Below the pieces are notes generated by a model, which saw only the letters and a list, made by a program, of their open reading frames with translations, did no database searches and was not told where the DNA came from. From a virus, in the IMG/VR virus record IMGVR_UViG_3300033052_000036, positions 5,671-69,670 of that record: a stretch of 64,000 bases of DNA; one strand, 5' to 3'. Positions within the stretch are counted from its first letter, which is position 1; each line of letters begins with the position of its first letter. Below are positions 20,401 to 26,708 of this stretch, in pieces. A program made the position numbers and the translations under genes.

Positions 20401-20996
20401 TCGCCGACATATACGGTGAACTCGTCGCGGCGCGCGGTCTCGATCACGCGCGCCGACTCGCCGGACTTCAACGTGTATTCGCCGCGGCGCGCGGTCTCGC
20501 TCGTGACTTCGTCGCTCGCGTTGGCCTTGGCCTGCTGCAAGCGGTAGCGCGGCTCCTTCTCGGTCCCGATGTTTTCCACCACATTTTCCGCGATCAGCTT
20601 GGAGAGCAGGCTTTCTACGGCGGCTTCCTCTACGGTCGTGCCGGGCTTGTCCGGGTTTCCGATGATCCCGGCGATCCTTGACAGGGTTAGCGTGCCGCCG
20701 TAGTTCTGCGGATCGAGCGTAAATAGGACCTTGTCGTGCAGGTATTGCTCGGTCAGCAGGGACGGGACGGCAGGGGCCTTCTTCGGGCCGCCCTGGGCTT
20801 CCCATGCGGAGCGCACGGCCTTGATGATGCTGCGCTCCTCCATTTCGGCGAGCTGGATGCGATCGCGCACGGCGCGGATCATGGCGGCCTCGTGCGACAT
20901 GCCGCCTTTTTCGTACTGCGCCGCGACATCGCGGATCTCCTGGGTAGGGAGTTGGCCGGTCAGCCCGAGATCGAGCATGCAGGAGTTAAAGGACAA
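8478..20996 (-). CDS. Giant DarB-like polyvalent protein (4172 aa): N6-adenine MTase, SNF2/SF2 helicase, JAB/RadC, ADP-ribosyltransferase-like and PLxRFG C-terminal region
   Basis: LESSMGAGNF (~18441-18470), GNPPF (~18261-18275), DHTVGAGKT (~16100), DEAH (15591-15602), QREGRIIRQG (~14400), HNHPSGDPSPSIED (~12700), IVYHGS..WFSTNP..VYLSIQNP (~11750-11945), GYAPLSRFG (~10503-10529). Confidence 0.92.
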   Translation of the reverse strand: MSFNSCMLDLGLTGQLPTQEIRDVAAQYEKGGMSHEAAMIRAVRDRIQLAEMEERSIIKAVRSAWEAQGGPKKAPAVPSLLTEQYLHDKVLFTLDPQNYGGTLTLSRIAGIIGNPDKPGTTVEEAAVESLLSKLIAENVVENIGTEKEPRYRLQQAKANASDEVTSETARRGEYTLKSGESARVIETARRDEFTVYVGDDSMGSFRLKDGKPANIKARATWARDNVREAAQLFAKQEADANDPLAPQRERAAWIPAGDLKTYTAKEAAEEWKRSSAGFKRAIMGRVQRASDDPIVGKAWEEMTPDERRLMHAALNEDHFTGAWYTNTKGQRVNRAWMPAAPEKTAEQLADEAAGERWTAMPFNERESVLYRAGTGVNQDEAAQAKFSTWENMGREFRGKIAAYWKDQDAQAAANPKPAEAAPAPKKAKAPANPTLRLDYGVDAIDGYAQTTEFPGNPGDDIEGGVKDAFLKDVQKYLKAVAATLEEAGFETARDRAGKQLKKAVSANPAGPGVSGDVSLMMSSPAAGRGIYVKIGAEGTRRAASPAGITLMMRTTGLGDPYGGSENLWLEPTLSAQELAGKIMDAVGVARPENSAKLDTNASTKDNNGQGNTRGAGARALGEVATGQDGGAESGGRADRGDAGGGRAGDRADLGSGDASRVSGARSAGSGVEGAHPADAGTTGRGRRAGGRAGRNGSRVSGEDAGARVAVPAAPAIPAVNFRITEDVRLGQGGEVEKFNDNLAAIRTMKAVEAANRRATAEEQATMARYVGWGGLASAFPSPETGQFKDAWAKRGAELRDLLTPKEYALARRSTLDSHYTSQTIVSGMWDAARRLGFRGGLALESSMGAGNFLGLIPFDLQGNTKFIGVEYDSLTARIAALLYPQETVLHSGFQKVPLPDGAFDLAIGNPPFGEQSLRFQFKPELNGHSIHNQFFLASLDALRAGGLQIQVVSRYLMDKVDTSSRAMLAKKAELIGAIRLPDTAFKENARTEVVTDILFLKRRSALEEQEMEAAFEAARTKPLKDREKEFERQRLAALVPDWVKTTTVPDPLGGDPMTVNTYFRAHPEMIMGVLERSGSMKHGNDITVRLDKGENLAARLAAAIATLPEGTPQDQVWIDRSKARFEDMSNSLRIALAGHENGAIRLEAGDVLEQVIERETPEGGYELTKRTLTPTSPWSDSLYLGADGKWYTVEVKLDEKGNPVKQMKGDKPTKLNVYERKVFENEADIPATMLLGAGRHERLTKLVKLRDHLKEQLVLESENAADSAIEDNRSLLAGAYGAFVMAHGYISEPANSSLVSGMPDGALVQALEFGYRPAITPAKAARSKEKVRPASAQPAPILSGRVIVPYEAPTSAGSMADAIAINMAEIGRVDLERIASLLGKSMADIEQEIEADERPLLFKDPETGQWETRSNYLTGQVKRKLNAARAARMPKNVAALEEVQPEPWGADAVTALLGSAWIPPTVYADFVEHVTGSPARVAFSALTNSFSVNAGPTTREKMEEWGSDGYSPAELVSDMLNSAQIKVTYRDMDGKTHVDAERTALALLKAKAIRNEWNDWVFKDGERRKKLVDLFNEKFNTRVARQHDGSHLTLPGKVPDAVISMRRHQKNAIWRGIAERFMLIDHTVGAGKTFTAIARAMERRRMGLSKKPAVIVPNHMVEQFAADVYRLYPGAKVLAAGKADFEKKRRRKLFAKIATGDFDIVIIPHSSFGFIGIAPETEERYLQIELDAAQQAVIDAQEEAEANGEGGGFRKPFGVKEAERLVDRITARMEKVQGDKNKDRLLTFEQMGIDDLTVDEAHEFKNLFYSSRLTGVKGMGNKTGSQKAFDLYNKVRVLRETPTGTVTFMTGTPISNSAVEMYNMMRFLAAGELAELGLEHFDAWRAQYVSTDAGWEPNETGRLKEVNRLGRTWSNMRSLMDLYYSFTDVVDNDDIKKAYAEDNDGAEFPLPRVKGGDRQSVVIQPTKAQVALLEDVLQGFDGLPEIKDPYDRNKARLRLMDRARKVSLDVRAAEPSSPSDEKGGKLDVIADNVKRVYDKWEADRGTQLIFLDRSVPKSKGDDAILKEYDALLAAQRKAVVEDDEAELRRVSEKMERFDPNEMEELRNAQAGGWNAYQQIKDNLIARGIPADEIRFVQEAQNDAQKKALFDAVNDGTVRVLIGSTPRMGAGTNVQKRLVALHHADVTWKPSDIEQREGRIIRQGNSLLDKYGIGNFEVEILAYATERTIDAKMWSLNASKLKTINAIRKYDGAFSMDFEDEDSVSMAELAALASGDPLLLERVQLMSEIDKLELLKRQHSRREWGITSQIEDAERDIERLPLRIAAAQEDHAAAVAGAEEMEASRFGRTVTVEGTTYTDGEAARKAVVEAYKAQGGEDEGAKISISVGKRRLTSLDGALGAVSSAMGDEQTFSMFVNGAEYIARTDAAREIAELAKDKSVGLEKGEAVTVDLGTFRGLKLSATFERFDSGGYQTSLAVLRPDGTTMASGETKWREKWDYSTSAMRSAVEDLDRVMNPDSFQYRAEDMKRRLARAHEILPDLRARKGGGFPQQDELEAKNKRLEEVIRLLSEGPATPARSIALRVNPLRNVDGSYRRQAPALNVMQPEQGYGYNDPYENVQSRPGTNEAQREAGRAAVDDLSRRVGAHHLRERGDGNSGARGTVLGSRLLANFVAGKPNQLIGQVAATPRDLAALAQVYRDPRFETFRIFYMKGDKIVGEAGYTSRLPSAAAIPSGWEGSVKQDMARFGADGYYILHNHPSGDPSPSIEDQDMTVRFSQAIPGLRAHVVIDHDRYATIDQAGTYGVISAPWLNGVDFTDQPEREHKLLDTLVTDPAGVAGIGKALQIPQGHASLVMLDSKSSVQLLVDVPMGALTDMSPLGILKIKALVRRMARETGSGGLRFIVLPDGVDTTQFAPLIEQAVFKDVVSADGKSARELGVPELENDYLRGAHRIHDVRESGSTYRGAERRATDRTIEIDGARRPITNSKGKTIADDFMKQLAFYRWFKDSKVTDEQGRPLIVYHGSIVRDSERAPGMGDIQQFDRLFTTKFRAHSVDTMGNWFSTNPGEGGAQMYAGRGQGSVIYPVYLSIQNPHETTFRLLQRRARLLANGEDDGRKLGQAEVDAYRKWLKDMGKDGIKIVHDEYDETGSTEFRDQTAWITLEPEQIKSATGNGGGFDPGSPLIVGSREGAYTVGGIAGALAGAANSAANVRLPAGYMVGDLFNQSGKVSWWHKTIGTMDNLARRAPLFAPVYEAVQKFLGDVSRYAVLAADKAPTLLPHLDSIKDILGKNRKKPLTAADTKAIAAPIFEGTLIWARDAHGNPVKIQQLEEEAERLTIEQKAEILLQKGVITDEQNIAWLASPLDFYDATIERRFTESQLKPGVVWTNAELRSMFDLSDAQIAMYREFRAATDASLTNLSLSEMVKLGGKDSAGMLEQAVEAGGLMAGAELLRDHFIELAQSDPDKETMHLDTASRIMDVADRAQDLMDRGYAPLSRFGKHTVYVQQANEDGEMEQVYFGMFETQFEASRMARQMREGHPGAQVLQGTVSDEAYKLFAGVSPETIELFGSMVGLDTQADAKSTEVYQTYLKLARSNRSAMKRMIHRKGIAGFNEDAGRVLANFIYSNARLTAGNANLGKIDEAITAIPKQEGELTDAAMELRAHIRDPQGGGHMLGGLMFAQFLGGSVASALVNMTQPFTMTLPFLSQWGGIGKAGARLAGAIRDAGKEQTGDAALDAALKWATEEGIVAPQEVHYLQAQAAGKGALQSGDGTKVGDARATLNNAIAKVSLGWGKLFAMAELANRRVTFIAAYRTAVEQGMADPARFAQEAVTQTQGTYNSGNKPRWARSTIGGLALTFKQYSIAYVELLTRMLNAGEPGSPERAAGRRAALYMIAVLFLMGGADGLPFEQDLEDLIDGILQRLGYNFSTKREKQEFLTEVLGEGGADFALKGISSLPGMPVDVSGRFGMGNLIPATGLLTKKESYTRDIGELAGPAGDLATRAFKATGKALGGDIDGAALEMSPVAIRNAAKGLEMGSSGAYLDARGYKVNDVSATEAGMKILGFQPNSTADIQDAKGQALNMISQTRMRSQEIAEHWAQGIASNKPEMVAEARAWRDDWNSKNPETRINVNMAAVLRRVKSMRQDALRRTSMTAPKALKQSVRAELSETRD
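12947..13153 (-). CDS. Candidate nested 68-aa gene in an alternative frame of the giant gene, possibly leaderless
   Basis: TATAAT (13166-13161) lies exactly 7 nt before the ATG. The host frame here is a low-complexity R/G linker; the nested frame reads STIFPDGSGHIIYANGVTAILE. Confidence 0.45.
   Translation of the reverse strand: MKTSNPDPAPTRLSEKPAVLRSTIFPDGSGHIIYANGVTAILEREAPYLVADCSPTSSPASPTSSSGK
18872..19177 (-). CDS. Nested 101-aa gene (TnpV-like by pattern) in an alternative frame of the giant gene
   Basis: MDKATLAAQARAHWEKWLPAKTAELKAAGEL...EALEVALKAHILLTPEP reads as an ordered helical protein, while the host frame is a G/R/A-rich disordered linker. Confidence 0.7.
   Translation of the reverse strand: MDKATLAAQARAHWEKWLPAKTAELKAAGELTEATQAAAALAIAQISDLVTHHGYREHEALEVALKAHILLTPEPPDEDDEQEAELAEMEAEYQERMRGHE
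19207..19234 (-). promoter_or_regulatory. Candidate internal sigma70 promoter for the nested 101-aa gene
   Basis: TTGCAC (19234-19229), 16-bp spacer, TAAACT (19212-19207), 30 nt upstream of ATG 19177. Confidence 0.45.
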
Positions 20997-21240
20997 GGGA
21001 AAGCTCCATCAATAGGGTAAATACAACCGCTTCTTCATCATCTTCGTCAGCGAACAGCGGTATCTCGTAGTGGTCGTCGTCAACCTGATAGCGCGCGTAG
21101 CGGCCGCCTCCACCGCCTACCGTGTCGTGCACGGGCTTCGGCGGGGGAGGCGGGGCGCTGCGCCCGGGCGCGAGGCCCTGGGTCGCCACCATCAGCGCGC
21201 CGGCGCCGAGGCCTTGGATGGCTATCAGCCGTGCATTCAT
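20986..21240 (-). CDS. Small hypothetical protein, acidic C-terminus
   Basis: ATGA-coupled to the upstream gene; overlaps the giant gene start by 11 nt. Confidence 0.65.
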   Translation of the reverse strand: MNARLIAIQGLGAGALMVATQGLAPGRSAPPPPPKPVHDTVGGGGGRYARYQVDDDHYEIPLFADEDDEEAVVFTLLMELSLVL

Positions 21241-21788
21241 GCGCGCTCGATCGTGACGACGCCCTCGGCGGTCTCGGTAATCGTCTGGATTATGTCACCG
21301 GCTTTTCGAGAACTTGAATTTACGATCAGCGGCACTCCCGGGATGAGCCCGTGGATCTTCGCCAGGGCGAAAAGTACCGCGCGCTCGTCCGCCGCCAGCC
21401 CGCCGCCGGCGCCGGCGCCGTCGACGGCGACGGTCTCGGCCTGCATGGGGATGATCTGGACGATGCGCACGCGCCATGTCCCGATCGTGTCCTCGAACGG
21501 GTCGCCGCCGGATTCCTCCAGTAGCGTCCCGTCGACGGTCAGGACGTGGCTGGCCTCCTGCGGCCGCACCTTCCAGCCGTTCATCAGGTAGAAGTAGTTG
21601 GCGATGCTGTTGTCGCCCAGGGTGGTATCGCCGCCGACGACACGCATGGCCTGCGCGTAGATCAGGTTTTCGCCGGCGCCGGCGCTCGCCCAATCCTTCC
21701 AGCGGCTATACATATCCTGCACGTCGAGCGTGGTGGTGCCCGGCGTGAGGATGATCAGGCGGCTCTGGCCGTCGAAAACGTAAGCCAT
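21237..21788 (-). CDS. Putative virion structural protein, paralogous to the N-terminus of 21792-23159
   Basis: FDGQSRLIIL..LDVQDMYSRWKDW..NGWK aligns by eye with LDLTARTYTL..VTLQAIYSKLKELW..SGWK. Confidence 0.75.
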   Translation of the reverse strand: MAYVFDGQSRLIILTPGTTTLDVQDMYSRWKDWASAGAGENLIYAQAMRVVGGDTTLGDNSIANYFYLMNGWKVRPQEASHVLTVDGTLLEESGGDPFEDTIGTWRVRIVQIIPMQAETVAVDGAGAGGGLAADERAVLFALAKIHGLIPGVPLIVNSSSRKAGDIIQTITETAEGVVTIERA

Positions 21789-21791
21789 GCG

Positions 21792-23159
21792 TTATGCCGC
21801 GTTCTTGTAGCTGCGCTCTTTTTCCGACACAAGCGCGAACACTTGGCCGGTGGCCCGACTGATCGTGCCGCGCGCCATGACGAATTTCGCGCCGTTGGTG
21901 CCGCTGGCGATGACGACAACGGCCGCATCGCCACCGGGCGCGCGGCCGCCCTGGGCGTTGCTGTCGTAGGCGAACGTGAACGGAATAGCAGCGCGGCCGC
22001 TGATCAGGCCGGCGATCGGATTGCCGGCGGCGTCGTTGACGGTCACGGCCGTGCCGGTGCCGTAGTTCTGCGAGCCCGGCAGGGTCTCGAACATCATGCG
22101 GTAGGTCGCGGTGCCGTCGGCTTGCAGGTTGGCGTTCGGGGCGATCGTGCCGGCCGCGACGAAGGGCTCGGTGCGCGGCGTGCCGTTCTGGTCGGTGAAG
22201 CGGATCCCGTTGGTGTCGTTCGGGTCATAGTTCTCGATGTAGACGCCGCGCGCGGTCACGAGGGTGTCGCCGTCGAAGGACAGGAGCGCGTCGGCCGTCT
22301 TGCCGGTCACGGTGCCGGCGCCGGCGTCGATGTCGGCGTTCTGGCGCAGCAAGTGCTGGATCCGGGTGTAGATCTGGCCCTTGGTGGCGCCGTTGCCGTT
22401 GATGACGATGCGGAACGGGTACGGCGTGCCGCCGATCGACTTGTTCTGGTCGGCGCCGAAGTAGGTCACGGTGATGCCGCTGTAGGGCGCTCCGGCCATG
22501 GCGCCGTCGGCGGCCACGATCTTGCCGTCGATCGCGGCCGAGACCGCGAACGTCATCTTGCGGGGGCCGGTGTTGGTCTCGGCGATCACGCCCAGGTCGG
22601 ACTGACTGTAGCTCTTGCCGGCCGTGCGCGCGAACACCTTGAAGTAGGCGCGCTCATCGAAATTGCCGTTCGCCGCGTCGCCGAAGATCTGCACGCCTTC
22701 GTTGACGGGACCCAGATAGACGAAGTTGCGGGCGACGCCGCCGGCGGCGCGCTGGTAGTAGAGCTGGTCGGCCGGGTCGATCGTGCCCAGGGTGACGATG
22801 CCGACGTACTGGCGCAGCAGCGCACCCTGGGCGCCGGGCGCCGCGGCTGCGTATTCTTCCCAGCCGCCGTCGCGGTGCAGGTTGCGGGTTGCGTCGTCGG
22901 CCGGCTTCCAGCCCGAGAAGTTCGCGCCGTCGGTGCCGAGCTGGTACTTGCCCGCCTCGGCGTCGATCGCGTACATGGGGAACGGGTGGAGCTGGTAGGG
23001 CATGGTCAGCCACAACTCCTTGAGCTTGGAGTAGATGGCTTGCAGGGTCACGCCGTCCGCGCTCAGGTTGCCGGCGAGGTTGAGGGTGTAGGTGCGCGCG
23101 GTGAGGTCCAGGGTGATCTCAGTACCTACGCGCAGGAGATCTGGGTCGGTGATTTTCAT
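21792..23159 (-). CDS. Putative virion structural protein (455 aa, beta-rich)
   Basis: Long ORF with host-like codon bias and RBS AGGAG; C-terminal ERSYKN motif. Confidence 0.75.
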   Translation of the reverse strand: MKITDPDLLRVGTEITLDLTARTYTLNLAGNLSADGVTLQAIYSKLKELWLTMPYQLHPFPMYAIDAEAGKYQLGTDGANFSGWKPADDATRNLHRDGGWEEYAAAAPGAQGALLRQYVGIVTLGTIDPADQLYYQRAAGGVARNFVYLGPVNEGVQIFGDAANGNFDERAYFKVFARTAGKSYSQSDLGVIAETNTGPRKMTFAVSAAIDGKIVAADGAMAGAPYSGITVTYFGADQNKSIGGTPYPFRIVINGNGATKGQIYTRIQHLLRQNADIDAGAGTVTGKTADALLSFDGDTLVTARGVYIENYDPNDTNGIRFTDQNGTPRTEPFVAAGTIAPNANLQADGTATYRMMFETLPGSQNYGTGTAVTVNDAAGNPIAGLISGRAAIPFTFAYDSNAQGGRAPGGDAAVVVIASGTNGAKFVMARGTISRATGQVFALVSEKERSYKNAA

Positions 23160-23171
23160 ATTTACAGCTCC

Positions 23172-23594
23172 TTACGCTGGGTTGCGGTAGTTACGGTCGA
23201 TGCGCTGGAAAACCGGGATCGTGCTGTCGATCGCGGTCAGCTCGTAGGGGATCTCGATGTTTTCGTATTGGGTGTGCACGATGATGATGCGCACGCTGTT
23301 GTTCGGAGAGCCGGCGGCATATCGATTCAACGTGAACTTGGTCGAGCCGGCCGCGTTTTCATTCGACGCCAGGACGGACAGATCAGGGCTGATGATATGC
23401 ACCTCGCTTCCGGCCTTGATGCCGCTGATCGTCAGGCCAACAGTACCTACCGAATCGGTAGGCAAGCGCTGGTTGACCAAGTGCGTCAGCGACGCCGTGC
23501 TCAGAAAGCGCCCGCGCACGCTTTCCACTGGCAGACGGCTTACGCCGGCGAGCACGCCCGGCTGTGTGTAAGGGACGGAGGGGCGCGTGCTCAT
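23172..23594 (-). CDS. Hypothetical beta-sandwich-like virion protein
   Basis: ATGA-coupled; C-terminal DRNYRNP motif resembles that of the next gene. Confidence 0.7.
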   Translation of the reverse strand: MSTRPSVPYTQPGVLAGVSRLPVESVRGRFLSTASLTHLVNQRLPTDSVGTVGLTISGIKAGSEVHIISPDLSVLASNENAAGSTKFTLNRYAAGSPNNSVRIIIVHTQYENIEIPYELTAIDSTIPVFQRIDRNYRNPA

Positions 23595-25933
23595 GCTACG
23601 TCCCCGATGGTGAAGTCAGGGTCAACAAAGAACTGGTCGGTGTCGAAGGAGGCAATGCGATGCACGCGGAAGTTGACGGAAACCTCCGTGTTGGTCTTGA
23701 CCGGGTAACGGGTCTGGAGTTCGAGGATGCGCTGGTTAAAGAACAGCTCGACGCCATTGCTATAGAAGGTTGCGCGCTCCGCCAGATCGGCCGGATCGAT
23801 GCTCATGGCCGAGTTGCCGAGCGGGCGCGTCCAGATATTTTGACTGGCCGGGGCCGCCAACAGCGGCGGATTGCGGCGCACCAGTGTGGTCTCGCTGCGC
23901 AGGACGTTGTTGGTATCCACATACTGCACGAGGATACTGACATCGCACCGGGTCCACGACATGCTCTTTTCGAGCAGGAAGTTAACCGTAACCTTCTTCA
24001 CCCCACTCGCGGCGGTGAGCCGCTTGGCAAACAGCGGCAATTCCACAGGGTTGTACAGCTCGACCACGTTGGCGCGAATGGATGGCAGTACGCGGTACAC
24101 CCATGAGGTGTTGTCCTCCAGGCGCGCGTTGAGACAGGGCGGATTGGTGGCTGGATTCCATTCGATCATCGCCACAGGCATGTCCAGCATCGTCACGCAC
24201 TTGCCCAGGTTGGAGCTGATGAAGATGCCAGTATGCCCAGCGGTGCCGTTGGAATTGACGCGCGCGTAGTCGCGCAGGTTCGGGCCGAAGTTGGTGATCT
24301 CGCCAAACTCGCAGTTGCGAAAGTTCCAGACCATGTAGAAAGTCGTCACGTTGCCGTAGACGCTCGCCCCCAACTTGGTGCCCGGCCGCCAGCCGCTGAA
24401 GGTGCAACCAATCAGGTTATAGCGATTCGAGGGGGAGTTGGTAGGCGCCCAATCGAGGATACCGCCATCTTGGGCTGCATCCGGGTTGCGGCATTCAAAC
24501 AGGCAACCGACGAAGTCTCCACCACCTTCCCAGCCCGATTTAGTGGCCTGAATCATGTAGGCGCCGGGGCGCTGACGCTCCCACGATACCCGGCAGTTAA
24601 TGAAGGAGGTGCGCTGCTGGGTGCTGCTCGTCGCACCGTGCGCCAGCGCGACGGTGCCGTAGTTGTTGCCAATGAAATCCACGTTCTCGAACGTGTTCTG
24701 GGAGCCGAAGCGAATGATTAGGCGTGGCGAGACGTTGATCACGTTCGGCCCGTAACACGTGAACGAGATTCCGCGCTTGCCGCTCGGGTACAGACTGCCA
24801 ACCATATCGGCATACGAACTGGCCGAACCGACGCCGCAGGTGTAGGTCTGGGCGTTGCTGGTGTTGGTCAGGCCCACGCTGAACTGCGGCTCGGCCCCAT
24901 CGTTTTCCCACGCCGGAATGGTGCCGTCCTTCGCGTAGTTGCGCAGCAGCACCGGCTGGTCAACGGTACCGGAGAAGTGCGGGAACGTGACCACACCGTT
25001 GTTCGGGTTGTTCAGCAGATAGCAGGTGTAGCCGCCGAACTTGCTGTGGCTGCGCATGATCACTTCGTCCCCGGCCTCGACCACACCGGCCAGCGGCGGG
25101 ATCGGAGCGTAGACCCCATACGTATAGGCAGCGATAGCAGACGGCCACATGGCGATAGCCGGGGTTAGGAAATAGCCCCATGCGCCGCTGACGCCGCCGC
25201 TAAAGGTGCGGGTGGTGCCGCCGGTCACACCAGTGAAGCCCACCATCACCGCCGCGAACGCCGAAGTGCCGTTGTAAGCGGCGGAACCGGCGCGGGTCAT
25301 AATTTGCAGGATGCTGCTGTTACCCGGATCGGCGCGGGCAAAGAACACGTCTTGAACCTTGTGTGCGTACCAGCCGGTGACGTGCGGGAGCACGGTGACG
25401 GTATTGGCGGTGCGGTTGATGGCCGCGACGAGATTGGCAACCAGAGTCGCACCGCTTCCGGCGTTGAACTGGTTGTTGCCTGCGGCCGAGGCGACGCAGG
25501 ACAGCTCAGCGCCGGACAACTGGAATTTGTTGCCAGCGGCGGCCGAGGCCCCGGTGAGGTCAATCGAGACCACTGCCGCCACCGCCTTGCCGTAGGCGAG
25601 GCCATCACCCTCCAATGGCTGCCCCCAAATCCATGGGTCTTTGGCGTAGCCGCCCCGCCCGGTCAGTGCCACGCCGCTTCCGTCGCTCAACGGCGTGGAA
25701 GAAAGCGTGTAGTTACCATTACCCGTGCCGTTGCCAAGTTGGACGCTGACATAGATCGGGTAATCGAGCGCATACGGCGCGGGGAAATCCAGAATGGTGC
25801 CGACAAGCAGCGGGTCCCCGGTAGGATCGATCGAGGTCATGTTCATGACCGTGCTGGCCTTGTTTGGGTTGCCGGTGACTCTGACGTTCTCGGTCAGGTA
25901 CAGCCCATGGTCGAGATATTTGGTGCCGGGCAT
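23591..25933 (-). CDS. Putative tailspike/receptor-binding protein with beta-helix-like region (780 aa)
   Basis: G/N/S/T-rich with periodic FENVDF, FINCRV, FVGCLF, LIGCTF, FRNCEF turns typical of right-handed beta-helices. Confidence 0.6.
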   Translation of the reverse strand: MPGTKYLDHGLYLTENVRVTGNPNKASTVMNMTSIDPTGDPLLVGTILDFPAPYALDYPIYVSVQLGNGTGNGNYTLSSTPLSDGSGVALTGRGGYAKDPWIWGQPLEGDGLAYGKAVAAVVSIDLTGASAAAGNKFQLSGAELSCVASAAGNNQFNAGSGATLVANLVAAINRTANTVTVLPHVTGWYAHKVQDVFFARADPGNSSILQIMTRAGSAAYNGTSAFAAVMVGFTGVTGGTTRTFSGGVSGAWGYFLTPAIAMWPSAIAAYTYGVYAPIPPLAGVVEAGDEVIMRSHSKFGGYTCYLLNNPNNGVVTFPHFSGTVDQPVLLRNYAKDGTIPAWENDGAEPQFSVGLTNTSNAQTYTCGVGSASSYADMVGSLYPSGKRGISFTCYGPNVINVSPRLIIRFGSQNTFENVDFIGNNYGTVALAHGATSSTQQRTSFINCRVSWERQRPGAYMIQATKSGWEGGGDFVGCLFECRNPDAAQDGGILDWAPTNSPSNRYNLIGCTFSGWRPGTKLGASVYGNVTTFYMVWNFRNCEFGEITNFGPNLRDYARVNSNGTAGHTGIFISSNLGKCVTMLDMPVAMIEWNPATNPPCLNARLEDNTSWVYRVLPSIRANVVELYNPVELPLFAKRLTAASGVKKVTVNFLLEKSMSWTRCDVSILVQYVDTNNVLRSETTLVRRNPPLLAAPASQNIWTRPLGNSAMSIDPADLAERATFYSNGVELFFNQRILELQTRYPVKTNTEVSVNFRVHRIASFDTDQFFVDPDFTIGDVA

Positions 25934-26388
25934 CAGTTATCTTCCTTGAAATAGATGGTGCGCAGGGCGCGGTTTTCTTCCGGCCCGACAGGCGTATTGA
26001 GGACATAGTTAGCGCGGTCCGCTGCTGCCGGCACTCGGCCGCAAATCAAATGCACGCCCTGGGCTGTCAGCGTGTTCTTGAGGTCTATCCACTTGCGTGC
26101 CATGGCCGACTTGATAAAGGCCTGCACGTCGAGATCCGCGCTTTTCAGCACTTCGATCTGGGCGGGGCCGAAGCGATCGAAGAACGGGCCGACATCGATG
26201 TACCAGTCCCATTCATTGACCGGCTTCACGTAGGTGTCAGGGGCCGGCTTGCTCTCGGCCGGGACCAGCTTGTAGGTGTAGTCGGTAAACGGGTAGTCGG
26301 CCAGCTCATACGGCTCGCTTTCGATGGTGTTGTAGGAGTAGACCCATTGATCGGGGTAGTCCTTCAAGTAAATGTCTACGATGTTCAT
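25933..26388 (-). CDS. Hypothetical protein, possible assembly chaperone of the adjacent spike
   Basis: Coupled to both neighbours; ITVxAFFDRF-like VGPFFDRF motif seen in tail-assembly proteins. Confidence 0.65.
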   Translation of the reverse strand: MNIVDIYLKDYPDQWVYSYNTIESEPYELADYPFTDYTYKLVPAESKPAPDTYVKPVNEWDWYIDVGPFFDRFGPAQIEVLKSADLDVQAFIKSAMARKWIDLKNTLTAQGVHLICGRVPAAADRANYVLNTPVGPEENRALRTIYFKEDN

Positions 26389-26705
26389 GCTGGATTACCT
26401 TTGTTGTTCTTGCGCGTGATGACTACGCGCGTCATCTTCCCGTTATGGTCTCGCTGAATGTCCGCCTCCAGGGTGTCGGCGGATCGGTTCGCCAGCTCGA
26501 CCACGCTCTGCTGGGCGCGCGCGGCGATCGTGGCGACATCCTGCACTTGGCGGGCCAGGGTCAATAGTGCTTCTTCGACCTTGGGCGAGATCGTCGCGGC
26601 CGGCGGCGCCGGCGCGGCTTCTGGTTCCGGCTTTGGCGCCGGCGCCGGCGCCGGCGGCGGGAGGCCCTTGAGGCGGGCGAGGCCTTCGCGGTCTGTCTTG
26701 ATCAT
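26385..26705 (-). CDS. Hypothetical Pro/Ala-rich coiled-coil protein
   Basis: Starts 3 nt after the 2593-aa gene stop; ends IQRDHNGKMTRVVI. Confidence 0.7.
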   Translation of the reverse strand: MIKTDREGLARLKGLPPPAPAPAPKPEPEAAPAPPAATISPKVEEALLTLARQVQDVATIAARAQQSVVELANRSADTLEADIQRDHNGKMTRVVITRKNNKGNPA

Positions 26706-26708
26706 CTA

